From Candidatus Dormibacteria bacterium (GTDB lineage Bacteria; Chloroflexota; Dormibacteria; Aeolococcales; Bog-877): 64,000 nucleotides of DNA. A program made the translations under genes and the position numbers. This document shows, in pieces, positions 51,174-58,920 of this stretch (position 1 is the stretch's first letter; the number at the start of each line of letters is the position of its first letter). Under the pieces are notes generated by a model. That model did not search any database. It was given only the letters and a program-made list of their open reading frames with translations, and had not been told where the DNA came from. The stretch is taken from positions 19,689-83,688 of the forward strand of contig JBEKRL010000002.1 of the NCBI GenBank assembly GCA_049518775.1, given 5' to 3'.

Positions 51174-51398
51174 GTGCCTCCGATTCTTCCTCCCGGACCG
51201 GTTGGCCAGGCCCAGCGGGTGGTCCTGCGCAAGGTCAACCACCATGCCCCCAAGTTCCTCAACCACCTGGTGCGCTCCCGTCTGATCGGCCACCAGGTGG
51301 AGACGGGACAGCAGATCCTGGTCTTCCAGGTCGCCTTCACCGTCCCCGCTGGACTGGTCGAGGTGACCGACAGCACCACCATCGAGTTCATCGACTGA
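51174..51398 (+). CDS. small hypothetical protein (60-75 aa) divergent from the sbcD-like gene
   Basis: Strong GC3 bias in this frame (…VVLRKVNHHAPKFLNHLVRSRLIGHQVETGQQILVFQVAF…). Start codon uncertain (GTG 51174 or 51219). The antisense track ORF 51099..51455 lacks this bias. Confidence 0.35.
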   Translation: MPPILPPGPVGQAQRVVLRKVNHHAPKFLNHLVRSRLIGHQVETGQQILVFQVAFTVPAGLVEVTDSTTIEFID

Positions 51399-51833
51399 GG
51401 CTCTGACCGGAGCAGCCCGGCCGGAGACGGGGTGGAGAGGCCGCTCCGCCGCCACGGCCGCAGAGCCGGGCCGGCTCTAGCGCTTCGGTGGGGTGGCGCG
51501 GGTCCAGGTCGTGGTCAGCTCCGACAGCGGCGGCTGGCGGCCAGCCGGCTGCAGCGCTCGACGCGGCCAGGGAGGCTCAGGACCCGGTCTTGTAGCTCGC
51601 CCGGAGCCTGCTCCGTCGGGAGTCCCTCGCCGGCGGGGGCTCCTCTCCTGTTCTTGGAGGGGCCAGCGCAGCCGGACGCAGGCGGCGGTCAGCGGCAACG
51701 CGACGGCGGGGCAGCCCAGCCGCGTCTCCACGATGACATCGACCTCCGTGAGCAGCTCATGAGCCGAGACCGCTTCCTGTCGAAGGCGGTCGGGACCGCG
51801 GCTCCCCCTTGGCAAGCTGCCGGACGGGTTGGG

Positions 51834-52616
51834 TCAGTGGCCCGGGGCGGAGTTCCGGTCGATTCGGTAGACGATCACCCCGGCCAGGACCATCGCGATG
51901 CCCATCACCAGCAGCAGGCTGCTGAGTGTCCCGGGAAGGCCGGCACCGGTCGTCGGGGTGCTGGCGCCCAAGACACCACCAGCGGGGCCGGTGCTCGCTC
52001 CGAGCACGCCTCCGGCGGTGGCGCCCGTGAAAGTGGCGACTAGGGTGATGGTGGCTCCGGATCCCTCATAGGGGTTGGTGGCCGCCAGGGGAAACGACCA
52101 GTCGATCACGAAGTTGTCGGAGAAGGTCGTGTTCTGGACCGAGGTGGCCACGATCTGGGAGCTGGAGGAGCTCACACAGTAGGCGGCGTTGGGGTAGGAG
52201 GCCAGCACAGTCTTGGTCGAGTCGGTGTAGCAGGAGATCGGACCGAGGGCAAACGTCTGCCCCGTGGTCGTGTCGGTCACGGTCACCTGGAGTCCATCGG
52301 CCTGACCGTCCAGAAGTGCCTCCGTCCCAGTCCCGCTGCCGCTCGCACGACCAGCGGAACTGGAGGTCGTCCCAATGACTAGGGTCACGTCCACCGGGCC
52401 GCTGTAGCTTGGGGAAGTGGTGTCGCTGATGATCCCGGAGCAGCTCCCCGAGTCACCCGGCACCAGCGTCGTCGAGATTCCGCAGGCCCCCAGCACCGCC
52501 GCCGAAGCTGGGACCAACCCTGCAACACCGACCACGATCCCGGCAGCCCCAGTGAGGAGACCGGCCACGACCAGGCGTGACCACAACCGCCGGGGTCGCA
52601 GGCGCAGGAATCTCAC
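51834..52616 (-). CDS. secreted Ser/Thr-rich protein with N-terminal signal peptide and C-terminal sorting-like signal (LPGTL + TM + basic tail)
   Basis: GTG start 52616, 7 nt after GGAGG: MRFLRLRPRRLWSRLVVAGLLTGAAGIVVGVAG…; C-terminus …GAGLPGTLSSLLLVMGIAMVLAGVIVYRIDRNSAPGH. Confidence 0.6.
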   Translation of the reverse strand: MRFLRLRPRRLWSRLVVAGLLTGAAGIVVGVAGLVPASAAVLGACGISTTLVPGDSGSCSGIISDTTSPSYSGPVDVTLVIGTTSSSAGRASGSGTGTEALLDGQADGLQVTVTDTTTGQTFALGPISCYTDSTKTVLASYPNAAYCVSSSSSQIVATSVQNTTFSDNFVIDWSFPLAATNPYEGSGATITLVATFTGATAGGVLGASTGPAGGVLGASTPTTGAGLPGTLSSLLLVMGIAMVLAGVIVYRIDRNSAPGH

Positions 52617-52893
52617 CACCCCGCCTCCGGGCCGGAAGTCAGCGCGAGCGGCCGGTACTGGACCTGCGTCTCGCTTCGGTATTTCTTCTCCCACTGGACT
52701 GCCTCCCCAGTGACTGTCACCGACCCTCCTGAACAGGAGAGGTCTCGCGTGATTTCAAATGAGTGGGTCGCTGCTGGAGACCCTGGCTCGGCTTCGGCGA
52801 TGAGATCGGCCATCTCAGCAGCAGACCTTGACCATCGGTGCGCCCTGATGGTCGTGAGCACCAGGTTGGATTCGGCACATTTTGGTATAGACC

Positions 52894-53121
52894 TCAGGAG
52901 CTCGGAGTCGCGGTGGGGCTCGGGGTCACAGTGGGACTCGGGGTCACAGTCGGACTCGGGGTCGCAGTCGGACTCGGGGTCGCCGTGGGACTCGGGGAAT
53001 CAGCCGTGATCGTCTGGCCGCTAGTAGTCGTGGTGGTGAAGGTGCCCGCTGCGCCAGTCCCGATCAGGGCGATGCTCGCAACGGCGACTGCAACCAGGAC
53101 CGCAAAGGTCCGAAGTTTCAT
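52894..53121 (-). CDS. mini TasA-like secreted protein: SipW-cognate-type signal peptide + (TPSPTA/V)n tail
   Basis: MKLRTFAVLVAVAVASIALIGTGAAGTFTTTTTSGQTITAD… shares the N-terminal module of the two TasA-like paralogs, then five PT hexapeptide repeats. Confidence 0.55.
   Translation of the reverse strand: MKLRTFAVLVAVAVASIALIGTGAAGTFTTTTTSGQTITADSPSPTATPSPTATPSPTVTPSPTVTPSPTATPSS
52900..52998 (-). repeat. tandem 18-nt repeat (~5 units) encoding TPSPT(A/V)
   Basis: gactcggggtcacagtggg / actcggggtcacagtcgg / actcggggtcgcagtcgg / … visible directly in the sequence. Confidence 0.8.
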
Positions 53122-53341
53122 CTTGCTCCCCCTCCTACGACGCCCCTGATTTGCGGAAGTTGCAGGCCATGGGCGCGGTCAGGAACTGGAGCGGGAGCAG
53201 CATCGTGAGGGGATGGATGCCTAGCCCAATATCGGCGGCCGGCCGGCAAGAGTCCCCGCCCGGCCGTCGAGACGGCACTGGTAGGAGAGCCCCAACTGAG
53301 TCGAGCCTTGGCAGCCGTCGGCAGATCGGGCAGGATCAAGG

Positions 53342-53956
53342 TCATGGCTCCGGGGTACGCCACGGAGGGGCCTGCGCTTGGGGTGCTGGCTCGCGACGGT
53401 CCCAACTCAGCACCGTGCCCCCCACGACCAGCAGCAAGATGACGCCAGCCACGATCAAGTCCAGCCCATGATTGGTGTCTTGCCCTGGGTAGCCCAGGAG
53501 AGGAAGGGTGTACTGCACCACGTAAACGTCCCTGCCACTCACCTTCAACGTCCAAGGGTCAGCGACCGTGTTCGCATCACCCTGGGTCTTGATGATCGTC
53601 TGCCCCGACTTGTCCACCTTGAGGTAGATGACGCGGTGCACCATCTCCACGTCACGCTGGTACGGATTTGTAAAGATGATCACGTCACGGACGGCGAGCT
53701 GACTCACGGGAACCCGCTCAGAGACGGCCACCCCGCCAACCGGGAGTCCGGGTCGCATGCTGCCCGACAGGATCGGCGTCACCATCCAGTTCCCACTGTG
53801 CACCGAAAACACCGCGAACCCCAGTGCACCAAGGACCACCACGACGAGCACTGACCAGATTCCGGTCCGGACACGCCGTGCGACCGTGGCCCTCCGCGGG
53901 CGTCCACGACTCCCGCGCTTTGGGGCGGGGTTCTCACCCTCGGGGATCGTCGCCAT
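53342..53956 (-). CDS. sipW: signal peptidase I, ER/archaeal type (SipW-like, S26B)
   Basis: Boxes SGSMRP (Ser), RDVIIF, MVHRVI (His), GDANTVAD (GDNN-like); N- and C-terminal TM helices; 204 aa. Confidence 0.8.
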   Translation of the reverse strand: MATIPEGENPAPKRGSRGRPRRATVARRVRTGIWSVLVVVVLGALGFAVFSVHSGNWMVTPILSGSMRPGLPVGGVAVSERVPVSQLAVRDVIIFTNPYQRDVEMVHRVIYLKVDKSGQTIIKTQGDANTVADPWTLKVSGRDVYVVQYTLPLLGYPGQDTNHGLDLIVAGVILLLVVGGTVLSWDRREPAPQAQAPPWRTPEP

Positions 53957-54217
53957 GGTCCTATTGTCTGCCTCTCCGTAACGCGGCTGATCGGAGACCA
54001 GGAAGAGCCAATCCGGTCGCCTTCAAAAAGACTCGGTCAAGTCGCAGGCCCACGCCCATCCTGAGTGTAGAACCCATTGAGACGTTCCCCCCCGGGACAG
54101 AATGTTGCCAAGCTCCACTTCCTACCGCGGTCAGATGAATGGGATTCAGGTCAGCCCCCCGCCCCAATGGAGAAGCGGCGGCGGGCGACCACGAGGGCCG
54201 CGCCGCCGCCGAGGCGC

Positions 54218-54865
54218 TTAGCTTGAGTAGGTCAGCGTCACGTTCACCGTGTCAACGCCGTTCTCAGCGTCAGTGCCGAGTTCAGGGGCGTTGCTAATGA
54301 CGTCTGTTGGAGGTGAGCCTGCCTGCACGGGGAAGTGCACAGCGGGATAGATGTAGCCCGACAGGTTGCCGCACCCAGTGTCCTCGTTCCCCGCGTAGAA
54401 CACAACAGTGTAGGTGTCAGTCGCGGTCGGTGCGATCGAACCACCGACGGGCATGTTGCCTAGCCCCTCGTCCGCTGACATGAGGCCATTGAATACAACG
54501 GTGCCGTCGCTGTAGAAGCACATTGACATTTCGCTGGCCAACGCGCTGCCCGGCGTGTTGCCGGAGATGTCCTTCACCTGGAGGTTAATCTCGTTCGCTG
54601 TGACCGTACCGTTGTTGGTGATGGTGATGAGTTGGGGCGTACTGATGAACGACGATCCGACCGGTCCGATGTTCGGGAGGGTCAGGTCGGTCGTGTTTTG
54701 GCCACCGCTTGCGTTCGGTGAAGAGAGGACCACGCTGAGATTCCCAGCCGTGATCGTTTGGCTGCTTGTGGTTTGGGTGGTCCATTGCGCCGCTGCGCCA
54801 GCCCCGATCAGGGCGAGAGCCGCAACGCAGAGCCCCCCAAGTATCGCCATTGTCCGTAGTTTCAT
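54218..54865 (-). CDS. TasA/camelysin (peptidase M73) family secreted protein with SipW-cognate-type signal peptide - paralog B
   Basis: …LIGAGAAAQWTTQTTSSQTITAGNLSVVLS… aligns with the Bacillus TasA/CalY N-terminus (…LIGGGTFAFFSD…NTFAAGTLDLTL…); 215 aa. Confidence 0.75.
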   Translation of the reverse strand: MKLRTMAILGGLCVAALALIGAGAAAQWTTQTTSSQTITAGNLSVVLSSPNASGGQNTTDLTLPNIGPVGSSFISTPQLITITNNGTVTANEINLQVKDISGNTPGSALASEMSMCFYSDGTVVFNGLMSADEGLGNMPVGGSIAPTATDTYTVVFYAGNEDTGCGNLSGYIYPAVHFPVQAGSPPTDVISNAPELGTDAENGVDTVNVTLTYSS

Positions 54866-54965
54866 CTAGTCCCTTCCTTCTTTGATGCCTCTGGTTCGAG
54901 GCTGCTAGAGATAGAGACGGTGCGCGGCCACGAGGGCCGGACCGCTACATAGGCGTGTTCCATGG

Positions 54966-55610
54966 CTAGCCTGAGTACTCCACGGTGATGAACGGAGTGT
55001 CACTGCCGTTCTCAGCCGCGGTGAGCAGTTCTGGCGCAGTGCTAGTGCTGCCTGCCACCAATGGCGTACCGGTACCATACTGCCAGCCCGAATAGCTGCC
55101 GCAGCCTGTGACCTGGTCCGCCCCGGCGTAGAACACAGCCGTGTAGTTGTCGGTACCCAGCGGCGCGAGCGTGGTGGGGTAGAGCCCGATGCTGCCCTCG
55201 GCTCCTGACAAGGGACCGTTGTACACAACCCAGCTCTGGCTGTACAGGCACATGTACACTTCGCTGGCCAACGCGGGTCCAGCAGGAGCTGTGCCAGGGG
55301 TATCACCCACCGTGAGCGTGATCTCGGTCGCTGTGACCGTGCCGTTGTTGGTGATGGCGATGAGTTGGGGCGTGCTGGCGAACGAAGATCCGACCAGTCC
55401 GACCGCCGGCAATGCAAGGCTGGTGCAGCTACCGTAGGCATCGGTTGCCGTGCAGCTGCCGGGGCCTGACAACCCCACGCTGAGATAGCCAGATGCTATC
55501 TGCTGACTGCTGGTAGTTGTGGTGGTCCATTGCGCCGCTGCGCCAGCCCCGATCAAGGCTAGGGCGGCAACGCAGAGCCCACCAAGGATCGCCATTGTCC
55601 GTAGTTTCAT
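54966..55610 (-). CDS. TasA/camelysin (peptidase M73) family secreted protein with SipW-cognate-type signal peptide - paralog A
   Basis: The N-terminal 45 aa are nearly identical to paralog B; overall ~50% identity; 214 aa. Confidence 0.75.
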   Translation of the reverse strand: MKLRTMAILGGLCVAALALIGAGAAAQWTTTTTSSQQIASGYLSVGLSGPGSCTATDAYGSCTSLALPAVGLVGSSFASTPQLIAITNNGTVTATEITLTVGDTPGTAPAGPALASEVYMCLYSQSWVVYNGPLSGAEGSIGLYPTTLAPLGTDNYTAVFYAGADQVTGCGSYSGWQYGTGTPLVAGSTSTAPELLTAAENGSDTPFITVEYSG

Positions 55611-56072
55611 CTAGTCCTCAATCTATGAGGCCCCTGGTTCGGGGCCGCTGCAGATAACGAACCCAGTCGCTGCTCATGCTGCGGGGTTCCGCTGTGATCG
55701 AGGACTCAGCCCGATTGGGCCTCAGTCACGGTTTTCGCCTCACGGGTGGGTACGACTGCGGGCTCGTTGTCGTTGAGCACCGCCGGTCGCTCCGCTACAA
55801 ATCCAGACGCACCCTCCTCCCAACAAACGCTGGCTCACAGGGTTGGGTGGACCACTCCCCAGATCTTTGCTCTCTCTGGCCTACCCAGCCCTACGCCGAC
55901 TGTGTTCCACTCAAGAAACACGTACTCCGAGTGGCAATCGGTTGCCAGCCCCTCCTTTCCAGATTGACGAGACTGTAGCACGTTTGACGGGCTGGTAACG
56001 CTGTTATGTTCAAAAGAACAGGAGCGTTACACCGTCTTCAGATCAGCACTGGCGGGGTTCGAGGGGTCCAGA

Positions 56073-56115
56073 GGCATTGGCTGAGATCAGTGGTAGGCGG
56101 CGTAGGTGCCGATCA
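56073..56115 (-). repeat. ~40-nt copy of the CPBP gene 3' end (second copy at 57155-57197)
   Basis: ggcTgagatcagtggTaggcggcgtAggtgccGatcaGgGag vs ggcCgagatcagtggCaggcggcgtGggtgccCatcaCgAag (capitals mark differing positions). Confidence 0.7.
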
Positions 56116-57168
56116 GGGAGACCGTCTCACCCTCGATAGGAGAAGGGCTGAACTCGAGGTGCATGAGGCTACCCCAGAAGGGTTCCGTTCCTGGCGGCCA
56201 GTCGCCGCTGACCTAGACGTCACGGCCGGGGGCAACCTTGGAAAGGAGTTTCGAGCGTGTCAGCAGCACTGACTCACTCATGCCCCCAGCCGCTTATGGT
56301 AAGGATAACATCGATCGTCACCAGTTAACACCGGCGACGGACTTCAGTTCAACAGAGTGACCGGCTGGCACGGCTCGGGGCGCCTATCCGTGGTCCCCCG
56401 TAGTCGGCACAGGACCCACCTGGGCGGCACCCCCTTCAGGACCGTCCGGAGCGGCGCGTCCGCGGCGGCACATCGCCCGCCATCGTGCAGGGAGGTTAGC
56501 GTCGCGCGTTCGTGCCCGCGTGGGCGCGCCGGAGGGCAACCGGCCAGTGGCGCACGCGACCCGTGACGGTGATCTCCGGCCGATCCCCAGCGCCCGGCTC
56601 TGCGCCGTGGCCGGCGCCGTTACTACACCACCTCTGGCCTTCCTTTCCTCAGCGATGGCCTCACCACGCATGCGCCGCCACCCGGCCCTGGCCCGGTAGG
56701 GAAGCAAACGGCTGTCAGCCGGCCCTCCCACGCCAAAGCCCACGCACCCCAGCGCATCTGGACTCGTTGGCAGCGCCGCCAGGAGGACCGCCGCGCCTCC
56801 GAGCCAGGTAGGTAGCTCGACCAGCGGAGCGCCGAGATACAAGGGGACCCGGGCCTCCCGGCTCACGAGGCGAGGGTCACAGCTCCAGCCAAGTTCCAGC
56901 GACAGCAGCACCATTGACTTCGGGGTGAGGACTGCCTGGCGGATGGGTGCACCGCTCGTTGGCACGATCAACCAGTGGGTGGTCTCATCGGCCCGTAACG
57001 CCAGCACCAGGACACCCAGCAGCGTCCCTACCCTCCGCTGAGCGCATCCTTGGTGGTCGGTCGTGGCGGGCGACTGACGGGTCCGTGCCACCAAACTGAC
57101 GGACTTGTTACGCCGCCATCAGAGGAGCCACGGCTGGGTCCGATCGGCGCCGAGGAGGGGGGCCGAGA

Positions 57169-57942
57169 TCAGTGGCAGGCGGCGTGGGTGCCCATCACGA
57201 AGATCGCCACCACCGCGATCAGGTTGAAGCATGCGTGCAGCACCATTCCCGGCACCAGCGATCGGGATCGCTCGTAGACGAGGGCCAGGGCCAATCCAGC
57301 GATGAACAGTGACGGGCCCAGGAGCAGGATCGAGCCGCCCACGGACAGGGTGTGAGCCAGGGCGAAGACGGCGGCGCTGATGAGCACCGACAGGGTCACC
57401 CCCAGGCGGGGCCGCAGGCCCCCGTATATGAATCCCCGGAAGACGATCTCCTCCACGATGGGGGCGATGATGGCGATGGAGATCACCGCCAGGTAGGGAT
57501 CGCCCCCGAAGGCCTGGGAAATGGTGCAGTCCTGCGGGTTCTTTATCCCTCCCAGGAGGGGGGAGAGGAACTCCGAGATGAGCCCGGTGAGGATCTGGAG
57601 CCCCAGCGCCGCGGGCGGCATCAGGATCACCAGCCAGAGCGGAGCCCGGTGAATGCCCAGCCGGGCCCAGGCGCGCCCGGACCGGCGGCTGGCGAAGAAG
57701 ACCACGATCGCCAGCAGCGCTCCGTAGAAGGCGAGGGTGGTCGCGAAGTTGTAGTAAGGCAGGATCACCTTGAAGGGGTGCCCGGTCAGCGACCGGATCA
57801 CCCCCACCTGGTGTAGCCCGAGCACCACGATCGCGGGCACGACGAGTGCCACCACCAGGGCCGGGACCGCCACCACCGTGGCCAGGAGGATCTGACGCAG
57901 GCCCCAGGTGACCTCGGCGCTCGCTGGGTCCGTCGGCTCCAC
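57169..57942 (-). CDS. CPBP-family intramembrane glutamic endopeptidase (CAAX protease / Abi)
   Basis: EExxxR motif (IVEEIVFRG), FxxxH (FALAH), C-terminal His (VLHACFN); 6-7 TM helices. Confidence 0.8.
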   Translation of the reverse strand: MEPTDPASAEVTWGLRQILLATVVAVPALVVALVVPAIVVLGLHQVGVIRSLTGHPFKVILPYYNFATTLAFYGALLAIVVFFASRRSGRAWARLGIHRAPLWLVILMPPAALGLQILTGLISEFLSPLLGGIKNPQDCTISQAFGGDPYLAVISIAIIAPIVEEIVFRGFIYGGLRPRLGVTLSVLISAAVFALAHTLSVGGSILLLGPSLFIAGLALALVYERSRSLVPGMVLHACFNLIAVVAIFVMGTHAACH

Positions 57943-57956
57943 GCCTGGCGCCTCGA

Positions 57957-58625
57957 TCAGAGGTCGGGTCCCCGCCCTGAGCGGGGACGAGCCGGTCCCC
58001 CGGCGTCGGGTCCGGCCGGCTCAACCCAGCCCGGCGAGGACGCCGAGGGCGGCGGCGGCGCGGAACCGATCCAGGGGATCGGCTGCCGGTCCAGCGGCAG
58101 AGCCTCCCCCGCGGCCCCCTCCACCTGTTCCGGCACCGCGTGCCTGGCCACGGGCCGGGGCTGGGTTGGCGGGCCGGTGCGCACCCAGAGGAACGCCAGC
58201 CCGGCGGTGATGAGGAGGTAGATGACGGCGAAGAGCCAGGAGCTCTGGAGCACCCCGACCGCCACGGCCGCGGGCAGCTGCAGGACCAGCCCGACGGTCA
58301 CCGCGGCCGGCCTTCGCGCCAGGCGGGACCAGGGCCGCAGCACCGCCAGCGAACCGCTCAGGATGAGGGCGTCCCCGACCAGGCCCAGGAGAGCCCCCGC
58401 GAACACCAGGGCGAACTCCGGCGGTCCCTGCGGGGCCCCCAGGTGGGCTATCGCGCCGCCGAGCGCCAGCAGCGCCAGCAGATTGGCGACCACCGAGACC
58501 GCCGAGACCGCCAGCAGCGCCAGGGCCAGCCGAACCTGCCACTCGCCGGCCGGCCCCAGGGACGTCTCCGCTGGCGGGGGAATCGACGCCGGCCGGCTGC
58601 GGCGCTGACGGCGCGGCTGGTTCAC
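57957..58625 (-). CDS. hypothetical polytopic membrane protein upstream of the CPBP protease
   Basis: 4-5 hydrophobic helices in the C-terminal 200 aa. The start is uncertain; the N-terminus of the track ORF overlaps dxs on the other strand and is Arg-rich. Confidence 0.4.
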   Translation of the reverse strand: MNQPRRQRRSRPASIPPPAETSLGPAGEWQVRLALALLAVSAVSVVANLLALLALGGAIAHLGAPQGPPEFALVFAGALLGLVGDALILSGSLAVLRPWSRLARRPAAVTVGLVLQLPAAVAVGVLQSSWLFAVIYLLITAGLAFLWVRTGPPTQPRPVARHAVPEQVEGAAGEALPLDRQPIPWIGSAPPPPSASSPGWVEPAGPDAGGPARPRSGRGPDL

Positions 58626-58920
58626 GATCGGGCGCCGGCGCCGCCCGTCGATTTCCTTGCGGCTCCTGGTGGCGGTGCGGGCACGGGCACATGATGCACG
58701 ATGCTCCACGCCAGGCCAGCGCACGTCGGCCCCCGAGGCGCCGACTCGCCATCTGCGTCGATCTCGATCCCGACGATGCGGCCGCCGGCTGGCCGTCGTG
58801 TCCGAGGAGCGTCGGGCCTCGACCGCGACGCCGGGGAGCTCTGAAAAAGTCGTACGCGAGGCCCGCAGACCCACGTTCCAGCACCCGGTCCGAATTCGAG
58901 CCCAGCCTATAATCGCCGTC

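Noticed and set aside
52560-52616. LPGTL read as a bona fide sortase LPXTG signal
   Set aside because: Position 5 is Leu, not Gly, and no sortase gene is in the window. Kept only as a hypothesis (finding), not annotated as a sortase substrate.
56050-56075. tRNA/tmRNA-like GGGGTTCGAGGGGTCC motif
   Set aside because: Flanking bases cannot form a T-stem or acceptor stem; no CCA end or D-arm nearby. No tRNA gene is evident anywhere in the window.
56384-57094. 236-aa minus-strand ORF between the CPBP gene and the TasA-like genes
   Set aside because: Weak GC3 bias and Arg/Ala/Gly/Pro-rich sequence without TM or domain signatures. Treated as non-coding (possible pseudogene remnant) rather than a gene.
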